Source of the DNA: an uncultured archaeon
Lineage (GTDB): Archaea > Aenigmatarchaeota > Aenigmatarchaeia > QMZP01 > JAFGSV01
Assembly: GCA_964640865.1 (NCBI GenBank)
Contig: CAZXIU010000001.1
Coordinates: 1 to 49,852, forward strand
Length of the DNA: 49,852 bases
Direction: 5' to 3'
The position numbers were made by a program, and so were the translations under genes. Below, piece after piece: positions 1 through 9,913 of this stretch (positions within the stretch are counted from its first letter, which is position 1; every line of letters starts with the position of its first letter). Below the pieces are notes generated by a model that worked only from the letters and a program-made list of their open reading frames with translations, did not search any database and was not told the DNA's origin.

Positions 1-1637
1 AGGGCGGCTATCAGCCGATTTTCATACTACCGGAGGGTACAGGAAGGACAAAGGGAAGGGATGCACAGAGCAACAACATAGCTGCAGCAAAACTTGTTGC
101 AGACACTGTAAAGACAACACTTGGACCAAAGGGAATGGATAAGATGCTTGTTGATTCGCTCGGTGACATAACCATAACGAATGACGGCGTCACGATTCTA
201 GAGGAGATGCAGATAGAGCATCCGGCAGCAAAGATGATGGTCGAGGTGGCAAAGGCACAGAATGAGGCTGTTGGTGACGGAACCACAACCGCTGTTGTAC
301 TCGCGGGAGAATTACTGAAGAAGGCTGGCGAACTGCTTGAGCAGGATATCCATCCAATAATGATAACAAAAGGCTTCAAGCTTGCAAAAGAAAGGGCAGT
401 AGAGGTTCTTGAGAAGTACGGCGTCGATGTCACCATGAAGGACGAGAAAGCGCTTGCGCAGATTGCAAACACAGCAATGACAGGAAAATCAGCTGAAAGA
501 GCATCAGATTACCTTTCAAATATATGCGTTCAGGCAGCCAAGAAGGTCTCAGAGACCGAGAACGGCAGAATAATCGTGGACACTGACAACATCAAGATAG
601 AGAAGAAGCACGGCGGCTCGATATCCGACACAATGCTGATAGACGGGATACTCATAGACAAGGAAGTCGTGCATTCGGGCATGCCTAAAATGCTCAGGGA
701 CGCCAGGATAGCGCTCATTGACGCGGCAATGGAGGTCAAGGAACTTGAAGGTGATGCGAAGATAAGCATCGACTCGCCTGAGAAGATGCAGGCGTTCATG
801 AATGAAGAAGAGAATATGATCAAGAAAATCGTAAGTGATGTGGCCAATTCAGGTGCAAATGTGGTGCTCTGCCAGAAAGGCATAGACGACATGGTTCAGC
901 ACTTCCTTTCCAAGAAAGGCGTGATGGCAGCAAGAAGGGTAAAGAAATCCGATATGGAGAAGCTTGCCATGGCAACAGGAGCAAAGATTGTAAGCAACAT
1001 ATCCGAGCTATCGAAAACAGACCTTGGAACAGCAGGAAACGTTGAGGAAAGGAAAGTCGGCACAGACAGAATGATATTCGTGGAGAAATGCAAGCAGCCT
1101 AAAGCTGTGACCATTCTCATAAGAGGCGGCACAGAACATGTTGTCGATGAGGTCGAAAGGGCTCTGGAAGACGCAATAAGGGATATAGCTGCAACACTTG
1201 AGCTCGGAAAGCTTGTGCCGGGAGGCGGCGCATCAGAGATAGAGATGTCAAGGGCACTCAGAAAGTACGCTGAATCATTCAGCGGAAGGGAGCAGCTCGC
1301 AGTGCTGGCATTCGCTGATGCAATAGAGGTGATACCAAGAGTGCTTGCCGAGAACTCAGGTCTTGACCCCATAGACAAGCTTGCCATGCTCAGGGCTGAG
1401 CACGAGAAAGGCAAGAAGTCCTCTGGACTGAATGTTTTTACAGGAAGGGTAATTGACATGCACAGCGAAGGCGTGGTAGAGCCGCTGAAGATAAAGCTTC
1501 AGGCTGTGAAATCCGCCACAGAGGCTGCTGAGATGATACTGAGGATAGATGACATAATAGCATCCAGTGGCGGTTCCGGTGGCGCCGGCGGCATGCCACC
1601 GATGCCGCCTGGCGGCGGAATGCCCGGCATGATGTAA
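1..1637 (+). CDS. ths: Thermosome (group II chaperonin) subunit, 5-prime end cut by window edge
   Basis: The frame of ORF 135..1637 stays open back to base 3. It reads [49 protein letters not shown], a canonical thermosome N-terminus. It also has the GDGTTT nucleotide motif and a GGM-rich tail ([16 protein letters not shown]). Confidence 0.95.
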   Translation, partial: GGYQPIFILPEGTGRTKGRDAQSNNIAAAKLVADTVKTTLGPKGMDKMLVDSLGDITITNDGVTILEEMQIEHPAAKMMVEVAKAQNEAVGDGTTTAVVLAGELLKKAGELLEQDIHPIMITKGFKLAKERAVEVLEKYGVDVTMKDEKALAQIANTAMTGKSAERASDYLSNICVQAAKKVSETENGRIIVDTDNIKIEKKHGGSISDTMLIDGILIDKEVVHSGMPKMLRDARIALIDAAMEVKELEGDAKISIDSPEKMQAFMNEEENMIKKIVSDVANSGANVVLCQKGIDDMVQHFLSKKGVMAARRVKKSDMEKLAMATGAKIVSNISELSKTDLGTAGNVEERKVGTDRMIFVEKCKQPKAVTILIRGGTEHVVDEVERALEDAIRDIAATLELGKLVPGGGASEIEMSRALRKYAESFSGREQLAVLAFADAIEVIPRVLAENSGLDPIDKLAMLRAEHEKGKKSSGLNVFTGRVIDMHSEGVVEPLKIKLQAVKSATEAAEMILRIDDIIASSGGSGGAGGMPPMPPGGGMPGMM

Positions 1638-1663
1638 CCCTTACTTGACATCGTTTTTCTGGA

Positions 1664-1675
1664 AAATATTTATAT
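1664..1675 (+). promoter_or_regulatory. TATA-like box (aaatatttatat) about 29 nt upstream of ATG 1699
   Basis: AT-rich box in the short intergenic gap after the thermosome stop. The spacing fits an archaeal leaderless or short-leader promoter. Confidence 0.4.
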
Positions 1676-1698
1676 GGGAATTAGTTCAATTAATATAC

Positions 1699-2175
1699 AT
1701 GAGCAGCGAAGAGTATGAAGTAATTCCGACTTCTCCCATCAGAAGGCTTGAGAAGAGGATGGAGAAGATGGAAGACACATCATCCACATCACAGGTACAG
1801 AAACTCATGGAGCAGGTAATAGAGCTCATCAAGAGCAACCAGAGGATAATAGACGATGTTGTCAAGGCTAATGCTGAACTAAGGGACGAACTTTCTGCTA
1901 TTCCCGTCAAGGTCGACAAGCTGCTGGATGCCATGCACGAATTCATGGAGCTTCTGAGAGAGGCATCAGAGCAGGAGGAAAAATCCAGCAGTAGTATAGG
2001 ACCGGAAGCCATGAAACCGATGGTCGACAAGCTGACAGAGATGGTAAACCAGAACAAGATGTCCCTTGAGGCCAACCAGACGATGCTCACGGCCATGGAA
2101 ACCATAGACAAGCGGCTGAAAAGGCTCTACATGGGCTTTGCCAACACATATGGCGGCGGGGCTGTCAGAAGGTAG
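1699..2175 (+). CDS. Hypothetical coiled-coil protein (about 158 aa)
   Basis: ORF 1645..2175 starts at a TTG. The first ATG (1699, MSSEEYEV...) sits at proper distance from the TATA-like box. The sequence is rich in E/K/L/M heptad-like stretches and I recognise no enzymatic motif. Confidence 0.5.
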   Translation: MSSEEYEVIPTSPIRRLEKRMEKMEDTSSTSQVQKLMEQVIELIKSNQRIIDDVVKANAELRDELSAIPVKVDKLLDAMHEFMELLREASEQEEKSSSSIGPEAMKPMVDKLTEMVNQNKMSLEANQTMLTAMETIDKRLKRLYMGFANTYGGGAVRR

Positions 2176-2205
2176 TAATATTCGCGTAAAATATGGAGGA
2201 ATAAT

Positions 2206-2610
2206 ATGAGAAAAGGTATAACGCCAATTATCGCCATAATAGTGCTTCTGCTTATAACAGTTGCTCTTGCAGGTGCGGCATGGACTTACCTTAGCGGCTA
2301 CATGACAGGACTTACCGGTAAAAGCTATGACATCAGGGATGCATTCTGTGTGACAGGTGACACAGGTGTCATAATGTTATCAAACACAGGAACGCTCAAC
2401 ATATCTGTTTCTGAAATATCTATTATAGATATTGAAACTGGTGTGGATGCTGGTGGTGTCTGGACAAAGGCTGATGGAACAACAGCAACAACTGTAATAC
2501 CTGTCAATGGAATGGCAAGATGGTCTGACAGCGGTACTTGCGGAACTTCGTGTTCATACAGGGTAGTCGGCGGTACAGCAAGGGCACAGGTAGCCAACAT
2601 AAACTGCTAA
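2206..2610 (+). CDS. Archaeal type IV pilin-like protein (class III signal peptide)
   Basis: N-terminus MRKGITPIIAIIVLLLITVALAGAAW has a short basic leader followed by a hydrophobic helix, typical of archaeal prepilins (Pilin_N/DUF1628-like). GGAGG lies 8 nt upstream of the ATG. The C-terminal region is Thr/Gly/Cys-rich and carries an NIS sequon. Confidence 0.7.
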   Translation: MRKGITPIIAIIVLLLITVALAGAAWTYLSGYMTGLTGKSYDIRDAFCVTGDTGVIMLSNTGTLNISVSEISIIDIETGVDAGGVWTKADGTTATTVIPVNGMARWSDSGTCGTSCSYRVVGGTARAQVANINC

Positions 2611-2640
2611 AGCGATTTCTTTTTTATTTTACTTTTTCTA
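2611..2640 (+). terminator. Oligo-T tract (tttcttttttattttactttttc) after the first pilin gene
   Basis: Runs of T directly after the stop codon. Archaeal termination commonly uses oligo-T. Confidence 0.35.
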
Positions 2641-2665
2641 ATTCTATTATATCAGAGTGGTAGCT

Positions 2666-3313
2666 ATGCTTGAAAGAAAGGCCCAGGTACAGGCAATAAC
2701 AATGGTTCTCATGGCAGGTGTAGTGATTTCACTTGTCGGTGCCGCATGGTTCTGGGGAAAGCCGCTGATTGAAAAAAGGAGCACTGCCACTGAAATTGCA
2801 ACAGCGGAGGAGTTCATTATTGAACTTGACAGGCAGATAGTCGAGGTCGCGCGTTCAGGAGGAAGCAAATCTGTCAGGATACCCTCGATTGCAGGCGCAT
2901 CGCTCTATGTGAATGACACGCAGCTGGCCGCGTTCGGCAATGAGGTCACGTTCTCGTTCACAACAGACCAGGCAATGATTGAAATGGGAGGGGACAGTGC
3001 ATCTGTCCCGGTAGAGACATTCGACGAGAACCCTGTCGGTTCATATGGAGGCTCGCCGAGAATAATAACGCTTGACGGCAATGAACTATCTAATAACCAG
3101 TTCAGGATGACGCTGAGGCTCAGGTACAGGCAGCTCGACGATACAACATCAGACAGGGGATACCAGATAGTCCTCAATGACGGCGGAAGGGTCACCGACA
3201 TGGCGGCAAGCATGGTGACAGTCACTTTCCTTGGAACAGAAACAATAAGCGGTGACTGCTGCGGCGGAGCAGGAGATACTCTTGAAACCAAAATCAATGT
3301 ATCGATATCCTAA
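2666..3313 (+). CDS. Prepilin-like protein, class III signal peptide with Gln at +1
   Basis: MLERKA/QVQAITMVLMAGVVISLVGAAWFWG. The ATG at 2666 lies inside GTG-started ORF 2657..3313. Secreted-type body with an NDT sequon. Confidence 0.6.
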   Translation: MLERKAQVQAITMVLMAGVVISLVGAAWFWGKPLIEKRSTATEIATAEEFIIELDRQIVEVARSGGSKSVRIPSIAGASLYVNDTQLAAFGNEVTFSFTTDQAMIEMGGDSASVPVETFDENPVGSYGGSPRIITLDGNELSNNQFRMTLRLRYRQLDDTTSDRGYQIVLNDGGRVTDMAASMVTVTFLGTETISGDCCGGAGDTLETKINVSIS

Positions 3314-3343
3314 AGATTAAAATCACTCCGTGAATATATTCTT

Positions 3344-3757
3344 ATGAAAGGGCAAAGCCGCGTCTTCGAGCAGGTTCTTCTTTTCGGCATTGGCGTTGCA
3401 ATATTCGTCTCCAGCTTTGCCATATTCCAGATGTATCAGACGGAATACACGCTCACAGCGTCAGATGACCAGATAAGGGGGATAAGGGACATTGTGTACA
3501 ACCACATAACAGAGATGACTGTAAACGAAGACCTTAATTCAAGCATAGTGATAAAGATACCGAAGCAGATAGGAGGAGAAGGATACAGCATATCCGTTGA
3601 CGATGAAGACCTTACAGTAAGGACGGAAAAGAGCGGGAAGCTCGCATCAACTGAAATGACATCACTGAGCATGTTATATTCTTTCTCCGGAGAAACAAGA
3701 AGCAGCGGCGGTGAAATTATAATTTATAAGAGGGATTATAATATTATTATAGAGTAA
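3344..3757 (+). CDS. Prepilin-like protein, class III signal peptide with Gln at +1
   Basis: MKG/QSRVFEQVLLFGIGVAIFVSSFAIF has a KG-Q cleavage-type motif followed by a hydrophobic helix. Confidence 0.6.
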   Translation: MKGQSRVFEQVLLFGIGVAIFVSSFAIFQMYQTEYTLTASDDQIRGIRDIVYNHITEMTVNEDLNSSIVIKIPKQIGGEGYSISVDDEDLTVRTEKSGKLASTEMTSLSMLYSFSGETRSSGGEIIIYKRDYNIIIE

Positions 3758-3762
3758 CAGGC

Positions 3763-5619
3763 ATGGATTGGGACGCGCTGATTCCATGCTATTGTGGTTT
3801 TATGAAACTCAGGCTTCCGAAGGTTAAAAAGAAGGTCACAAGCGATACCAAGCCCAGTCCGAGGAACATTGCAAAACGTCTTCTTAAGGGTTATAAATTC
3901 AAGAACATGAAGAGGCCAGGCAAGCGGAGACCGCAGGAGTTTCCTGAGGGATACGGGCCTCCGCTTCCGATAACGCAGAAACTTAACATAGAGCTTGAGC
4001 AGAAGGCTGCGCGCGAAGATAAAGGACTTTTCGAGGAGATAAAATCCAAGGATGGCATAATGCTTCCAACAGGAAAAAACATACTTCCAGGAGCCAGATT
4101 CGACATACTGAATGATTCAGAGGAACTGCGTTCCATAAACATGAAGTATCCTCTCATACCACAGCAGCCCACGGAAAATGAACAGGTGATGGCATATGCG
4201 AATATCCGCTGGGACAATAACCTAGGTTCGTTGCTGTATAATGTTGTGGAGCCGAAACTTTCACCGGAAGACATGAAACTCGTTGAGGAAATAAAGAAGG
4301 ATATAGAGGACCGGCTTGATGTCGATTTCTCAAAGCTTGGTGATGTCAGGGCAAAGAAGCTCCTGAGCGATGAAATAAAAAACACGCTTGCGAATTTTCC
4401 TTCTGTAAGCATGGCCAAGGTGCCTGCCATACAGTACAATATAGAGAAGGAAATATTCGGTCTTGGTGTCATAGAGCCGCTGATGAAGGATCCCGAGATA
4501 GAGGATATATCATGCGACGGTGTTAACATACCGATATACATATACCACAGGAATCCGAAGTTCGGCCCGCTCAGGACAACACTCAGCTTCAGTGATTCAA
4601 CTGAACTTGACAGGTTCATACTAAAGCTTGCGCAGAAATGCGGAAAATCAATATCAGTCGCAGACCCGCTGCTGGACGCAGCGCTTCCGGATGGTTCCAG
4701 GGTGCAGTGCACAATGGGAACAGACATAGCCAGGAGAGGCTCGAACTTCACCATAAGGAAATTCACGTCATATCCACTGACGCCGACACACATGATGCAT
4801 TACAAGGCTGTGGACAGCATGCAGCTTGCCTACCTGTGGATGGCCATAGAGAACGGTAAGTCCATACTCATTTCAGGGGGAACAGCAACCGGAAAGACAT
4901 CCATGCTCAATGCGCTCTCGCTTTTCATACGGCCAAACCTGAAGATACTCTCAATAGAGGATACACCTGAGCTGAGGCTGCCTCATACACACTGGATTCC
5001 GGAGGTGGCGCGTTCACCTCTCTCGGTAAAGGGCAAGCTTGGAGAGGTCACGCTTTTCGATCTGCTTAAATCAAGCCTCAGGCAGAGGCCGGACTACCTG
5101 GTTGTCGGCGAGGTGCGAGGAAAGGAGGCCTTCGTGCTGTTCCAGCAGATGGCCACAGGGCACCCATCACTTGCCACAATACACGCAGCGTCACTGACAC
5201 AGCTTATAGACAGGCTGGTCACACCCCCCATATCACTGCCTCCGGCACTCATAGAGAACGTTGACATAATCATATTCCTCCAGAGGGTGAAAGTCAAGGG
5301 AAAGAGCACACGAAGGGCCACGGAGATAATTGAAATAATAGGATTCGACAAGGACAGGCCCATCAGCGCAAAGATATTCGAATGGACTGCTGTAAAGGAT
5401 GTTTTCATATCCGAAAGCAGGTCGAAGGTGCTGCAGTCCGTGGCGAGGATGTCAGGTCTTGAGGAAAACACAGTGCAGGCGGAAATACTAAGAAGGAAGA
5501 AGGTTCTTGAATGGATGCTCCGGAGCGAGGTTTATGATTATAATGAGGTTGGGCGGATAGTGAGTGAATATTACCTTAATCCTGAAAAAGTGATGACACT
5601 CATAGAAGATTCCGTCTAG
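3763..5619 (+). CDS. Type IV pilus/archaellum-family secretion ATPase (FlaI/ArlI, TadA, EpdL-like; VirB11/GspE superfamily)
   Basis: Walker A GGTATGKTS, Walker B-like DYLVVGEVRG, and a His-box region ATIHA. It has a Lys/Arg-rich N-terminal extension. An alternative start is M14 (3802). Confidence 0.85.
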   Translation: MDWDALIPCYCGFMKLRLPKVKKKVTSDTKPSPRNIAKRLLKGYKFKNMKRPGKRRPQEFPEGYGPPLPITQKLNIELEQKAAREDKGLFEEIKSKDGIMLPTGKNILPGARFDILNDSEELRSINMKYPLIPQQPTENEQVMAYANIRWDNNLGSLLYNVVEPKLSPEDMKLVEEIKKDIEDRLDVDFSKLGDVRAKKLLSDEIKNTLANFPSVSMAKVPAIQYNIEKEIFGLGVIEPLMKDPEIEDISCDGVNIPIYIYHRNPKFGPLRTTLSFSDSTELDRFILKLAQKCGKSISVADPLLDAALPDGSRVQCTMGTDIARRGSNFTIRKFTSYPLTPTHMMHYKAVDSMQLAYLWMAIENGKSILISGGTATGKTSMLNALSLFIRPNLKILSIEDTPELRLPHTHWIPEVARSPLSVKGKLGEVTLFDLLKSSLRQRPDYLVVGEVRGKEAFVLFQQMATGHPSLATIHAASLTQLIDRLVTPPISLPPALIENVDIIIFLQRVKVKGKSTRRATEIIEIIGFDKDRPISAKIFEWTAVKDVFISESRSKVLQSVARMSGLEENTVQAEILRRKKVLEWMLRSEVYDYNEVGRIVSEYYLNPEKVMTLIEDSV

Positions 5620-5627
5620 TGATCAGT

Positions 5628-6473
5628 ATGTTCAAGGACTTGTCAGTTAAGATTTTCGGAGGGGTGATTGCGCCTTACATGGACTCTTTTGAGCCGCTGG
5701 AAGTCAAAATCAGGAGTGCCCAGCTGAAATACACGCTGAAAGAGTACCTTTCGATAGCGCTGTTCTCAACACTCTTAGTATTCATGTGCGCGATGCTCGC
5801 AGGCTCATTCTTTGTCACATTCGTGACAGGCGGTGCACTTTTCTCGTACACTTTCTCGATAATAATATCCTTTTTGGTTTCAGGCGTGACGTTCATATTA
5901 TTTTACTGGTATCCGAACATACGGTCCAAGAGCATTGAATCCAAGGTGGAGAGGGACATACCATTCGCAGTGGCTTCGATGGCTGCAGCATCAAGCGCGG
6001 GAACCCATCCTGCTGAGATATTCAAGATGCTTTCGATAAGGGAGAGCGTCATCGGGGAGGATGCAAAGAGAATATACAGGGATGTGAAGATGTTCGGAAC
6101 TGACATATCATCAGCCCTTGCAAAGGTTGCGAACAGGACGCCTTCACTTGCGTGGTCGGAGATTCTCTGGGGGCTTGTCACAACAATAACAACAGGGGGT
6201 GACACATACAAGTACCTTCAGGACAAGACGCACGACAGCATGCAGCAGTACAGGCGAATGCTTGAATCATATTCAAACCAGATAAACTTCTATACAGAGA
6301 TTTACATAACCATGATAATAGTCGGAACGCTGTTTTTCATAGTGCTTTCATCTGTGATGTCTCCTCTTGTCGGAGGTGACATTCTCCTTGTCCAGACATT
6401 CCTTGTGTTCTTCTTCGTTCCGCTTACATCAATGGGTTTCATTGTACTGCTTAAGGGGCTTTCACCGCTTTGA
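5628..6473 (+). CDS. Pilus platform membrane protein, single T2SSF domain (FlaJ/TadB/EpdJ-like)
   Basis: ERDIPFAVASMAAASSAGTHPAEIFKMLS...GTDISSALAKVANRTPS matches the T2SSF/FlaJ domain pattern and is flanked by TM helices. A GTG at 5619 overlaps the ATPase stop; the first ATG is 5628. Confidence 0.75.
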   Translation: MFKDLSVKIFGGVIAPYMDSFEPLEVKIRSAQLKYTLKEYLSIALFSTLLVFMCAMLAGSFFVTFVTGGALFSYTFSIIISFLVSGVTFILFYWYPNIRSKSIESKVERDIPFAVASMAAASSAGTHPAEIFKMLSIRESVIGEDAKRIYRDVKMFGTDISSALAKVANRTPSLAWSEILWGLVTTITTGGDTYKYLQDKTHDSMQQYRRMLESYSNQINFYTEIYITMIIVGTLFFIVLSSVMSPLVGGDILLVQTFLVFFFVPLTSMGFIVLLKGLSPL

Positions 6474-6482
6474 GGGATTGAT

Positions 6483-7427
6483 ATGGAATTTGACATAAAG
6501 CAAAAGGTAACTGTTATGCCCGGTGCGATAGGCGTGATTGTAGTGATGCTTGCAATATTATTTGCAGGTGATTCAGCTGTAATAGGAAACATGCTGATAA
6601 TAAGCATATTCATATCAGTTGTGCCTTATTTCATATACCGTTATTCGAGGTATGCATGGCTCAAGGGAATAGAACGCCAGTTCCCGAATTTCATAAGAGA
6701 CCTTGCTGACTCGAAGCGTTCAGGCATGACGCTTGAGAACGCAATAAAGATGGCATCAAAGACAAATTACGGGAAACTCACAGCTGAAATACAGACCATG
6801 TCCAACAAGCTTTCATGGGGAGTTCCGTTCCTGAGGGTGCTTGAAATTTTTGAAAAGAAAATCAAGGGATCCATAAGCATAACCGAGGTGCTTCACATAC
6901 TGAAGGAATCATACAAGTCCGGCGGCAATGTTGTTGCAACACTGGACTCAGCCGCAGCGAACATGAACATGCTCAGGGAAGCAGAGGAGGAAAGAAGGAA
7001 TGTCACAAGCCAGCATGTCATGGTGACATACGGCATATTCCTCCTTTTCCTTGGAATAGTCGTTGTCATAATATACATATTTGTCCCGATGATGACAACA
7101 GTGTCCCTTGGCGACAGTAGCGGTATCGGAAGCGATGAATTCTCAGCATCCTTCAGTAACCCGTGCGCTGATACCATTCTTCCATTCCCATGCGGCCTCT
7201 TCGAGCTGACATGCACAATGTTCGAGGTTGACCCTTACGGGGTCGGATGCTACTATGTCTCGCTGTTCTTTTATGTCCTTCTTATACAGGGAATATGTTC
7301 GGGCCTTATTGCAGGACAGCTTGGTGAAAACTCGCCTGTTGCAGGAGCAAAGCACTCGCTGATAATGGTCTCCATTGTATTGTTCATATTCATATTCCTG
7401 GCGAAACTGGGCACATTCCCTTCATGA
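6483..7427 (+). CDS. Pilus platform membrane protein, second single T2SSF domain (FlaJ/TadC/EpdK-like)
   Basis: FPNFIRDLADSKRSGMTLENAIKMASKTNYGKLTAEIQTMSNKLSWGVPF is a T2SSF-type domain with multiple TM helices. It also has a Cys-rich loop. Confidence 0.75.
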   Translation: MEFDIKQKVTVMPGAIGVIVVMLAILFAGDSAVIGNMLIISIFISVVPYFIYRYSRYAWLKGIERQFPNFIRDLADSKRSGMTLENAIKMASKTNYGKLTAEIQTMSNKLSWGVPFLRVLEIFEKKIKGSISITEVLHILKESYKSGGNVVATLDSAAANMNMLREAEEERRNVTSQHVMVTYGIFLLFLGIVVVIIYIFVPMMTTVSLGDSSGIGSDEFSASFSNPCADTILPFPCGLFELTCTMFEVDPYGVGCYYVSLFFYVLLIQGICSGLIAGQLGENSPVAGAKHSLIMVSIVLFIFIFLAKLGTFPS

Positions 7428-7903
7428 TGAAAAGAAAGAAAGGTCAGGTGGTGTTTGAATTCATCATAGCCGCGCTTATACTGTTCGCGCTGATATTCTA
7501 CAGCATCAATTATGTGTCAAGAGACTTTGATTCACGTCACGCACGCTTCTCCACAGATGCGCTTGAGAGCAGGGTTCTCAGGGTTTCCGAGTACATATTG
7601 AGCAGCGGAAACGGCATAATCGGGGAATGGCCTTACCTCAGCAGCGGGATGATGGCAACACTTGACAATGACTGCAGCAGTGATTACGAACTGTTCCTTG
7701 AAAGCATAAACCTCAGGCAGACGTTCCCATATGAAAAATATACCCACATAAATATCATGGTGATAACCACGGAAAGCGATGCTGTTCTCCTTTCATGCGG
7801 AAGGACGCCTCCCGACAGAGGCGGTTCAGCAACAGTCACAAGATACGTGCTTGACCCCGGAAGCGGGGAAATCGCAAGAGTAGACATAACAATCTGGGAA
7901 TGA
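7424..7903 (+). CDS. Prepilin-like protein, class III signal peptide (Gln +1, Glu +5)
   Basis: MMKRKKG/QVVFEFIIAALILFALIFY. The start overlaps the upstream stop (ATGA), implying translational coupling with the platform gene. Confidence 0.6.
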   Translation: MMKRKKGQVVFEFIIAALILFALIFYSINYVSRDFDSRHARFSTDALESRVLRVSEYILSSGNGIIGEWPYLSSGMMATLDNDCSSDYELFLESINLRQTFPYEKYTHINIMVITTESDAVLLSCGRTPPDRGGSATVTRYVLDPGSGEIARVDITIWE

Positions 7904-7938
7904 TGCTTTTATTGGGATTAAACCAATAATAACATATT

Positions 7939-9882
7939 ATGTTTCTGGAAACAGTTGCATTCTCATGCACACTGGCGCTGATAGCAGTTCTTGTGCTCAT
8001 ACGCTTCACGAGGAAAGCGACTGACGGCACAGACGAAATGAAGAGATTCTCAGGGCTCATACACCACGGAGCCATAACATACCTGAACACGCAGTACAGG
8101 GTACTGGTAATATTAGTGGCGGTAATGGCCGTTGTGCTTGCCTTTCTCATAGGCATGCAGTCTGCTGTTGTCTTCGTGGCAGGCGCACTGTGCTCCATGC
8201 TTGCGGGAAACATAGGACTCAGGGTCGCGACAAGGAGCAATGCCAAGACAACAAATGCATGCAGGAAAAGCGTTGAAAGCGGACTGCATGTGGCATTTTC
8301 AGCGGGTTCTGTCATGGGACTGCTTGTGGTCATAGTAGGGCTTGTGGGTGTCTCCTTCTTTTACACTGTTTTCGGGAATGTCAACATACTCTTCAGCTTC
8401 GGTTTCGGCGCAAGCCTTGTGGCTCTGTTCAGCAGGGTGGGAGGCGGCATATACACTAAGGCTGCTGATGTCGGGGCGGACATGGTCGGAAAGGTGGAGC
8501 ACAGGATACCTGAGGATGACCCGAGAAACCCTGCGGTTATAGCAGATAATGTCGGTGACAACGTAGGCGACATTGCCGGCATGGGCGCTGACCTTTTTGA
8601 AAGCTATGTTGATGCGATAATCGCGGCAATGGCTGTTGCAATGCTGTTCAGCGGGCCTTACATACAGCTGCCACTCATACTTGCAAGCGCCGGCATAGTT
8701 TCTTCAATAGCAGGCATAATATTCATTCTCTCCGGGAAAGGGAATGTGGAAAATCTCCTGAACCGTGGCATATTCCTTTCAACAGGAATAATGATAATCG
8801 CGTCGTACTTCATAATAGATTATCTTGGGATTGACATAACGACTGTCTACTGTATAACAGCCGGACTCATTTCCGGTGTTGTTATAGGGCTGAGCGCTGA
8901 ATATTATACATCGAGGGAAAAAGAGCCTGTAAGACGAATTGCGGAATCATCCGAAACAGGCCCGGCGACAGTGATAATATCAGGGCTTTCCGTAGGCATG
9001 GTGTCAACATTCATACCAGCACTGTCTGTCTGCACGGCCATTCTGATATCATACTATTTCATGGGCCTATACGGCGTCTCAATAGCAGCTGTCGGTATGC
9101 TGTCAACCCTCGGCATAATCCTTGCAACAGACTCTTACGGCCCGATAGCTGACAATGCGGCAGGCATAGCTGAGATGGCGAAATCCGGGAAAAAGGTCAG
9201 GGAAAATGCTGAGACACTCGATGCCGTGGGTAATACAACTGCTGCAATAAACAAGGGTTTCGCAATAGGCTCAGCCGCACTGACAACACTTGCGCTGTTC
9301 TCTGTGTACGGAACCACTGTAGGACTGACTGTGATAAGCATAATGGACCCGTTTGTCATTGTCGGCCTTATACTTGGCGGCCTGCTTCCGTTCCTCTTTT
9401 CTGCATACACAATGAACGCAGTAGGGAAGACAGCTGTGCAGATGGTGAAGGAAGTCAGGAAGCAGTTCAGGAAGAAGGGTGTCATAGAAGGGAAGGTTGC
9501 ACCGGATTACGACAGCCCTATCAGGATATCAACAGAGGCCGCTATAAGGGAGATGATAAAGCCCGGGATTCTTGCGGTGGCTGCTCCCTTGCTCGTCGGC
9601 CTGCTTCTCGGCGTCGAAGCGCTTGGGGGGCTTCTTGCAGGAGCCATACTCACGGGCTTCCTTCTCTCGCTCATGATGGCCAATTCAGGGGGAGCATGGG
9701 ACAATGCCAAGAAATACATAGAGGAAGGCAATCTCGGCGGAAAGGGTTCTGAAGCGCATGCTGCGGCAGTGGTTGGCGACACAATAGGCGACCCGTTCAA
9801 GGACACGTCCGGTCCATCGCTGAACATACTCATAAAACTCATGACAATAGTCGCGCTGGTTTTCGTGCCGCTTTTTCTTTGA
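7939..9882 (+). CDS. hppA: Membrane-bound pyrophosphate-energised cation pump (M-PPase), K+-dependent-type signature
   Basis: GDNVGDNVGDIAGMGADLFESY signature and about 15 TM helices. The GNTTAAINKGFAIGSAA motif has Ala rather than Lys (GNTTKA) at the position linked to K+ independence. Confidence 0.93.
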   Translation: MFLETVAFSCTLALIAVLVLIRFTRKATDGTDEMKRFSGLIHHGAITYLNTQYRVLVILVAVMAVVLAFLIGMQSAVVFVAGALCSMLAGNIGLRVATRSNAKTTNACRKSVESGLHVAFSAGSVMGLLVVIVGLVGVSFFYTVFGNVNILFSFGFGASLVALFSRVGGGIYTKAADVGADMVGKVEHRIPEDDPRNPAVIADNVGDNVGDIAGMGADLFESYVDAIIAAMAVAMLFSGPYIQLPLILASAGIVSSIAGIIFILSGKGNVENLLNRGIFLSTGIMIIASYFIIDYLGIDITTVYCITAGLISGVVIGLSAEYYTSREKEPVRRIAESSETGPATVIISGLSVGMVSTFIPALSVCTAILISYYFMGLYGVSIAAVGMLSTLGIILATDSYGPIADNAAGIAEMAKSGKKVRENAETLDAVGNTTAAINKGFAIGSAALTTLALFSVYGTTVGLTVISIMDPFVIVGLILGGLLPFLFSAYTMNAVGKTAVQMVKEVRKQFRKKGVIEGKVAPDYDSPIRISTEAAIREMIKPGILAVAAPLLVGLLLGVEALGGLLAGAILTGFLLSLMMANSGGAWDNAKKYIEEGNLGGKGSEAHAAAVVGDTIGDPFKDTSGPSLNILIKLMTIVALVFVPLFL

Positions 9883-9913
9883 ATTTTTAAAACAAGAAGT
9901 CAATTAACGAACT

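Noticed and set aside
1560-1637. Gly/Met/Pro repeat at the thermosome 3-prime end as a tandem DNA repeat
   Set aside because: It encodes the normal flexible GGM C-terminal tail of group II chaperonins.
3891-4793. Long antisense ORFs opposite confidently called genes. Examples: 3891..4793, 18746..19561, 19769..20422, 25062..25754, 33456..34097, 36055..36762, 39394..39924, 43971..44522, 46665..47546.
   Set aside because: All are Ser/Pro/Cys/low-complexity-rich translations with no motifs, lying exactly antisense to genes with strong family signatures. They are typical shadow ORFs produced by the codon bias of the real frame.
7836-8333. 165-aa minus-strand ORF spanning the pilin/PPase junction
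   Set aside because: It overlaps the start of the pyrophosphatase gene antisense and has no recognisable features. The PPase call explains the region.
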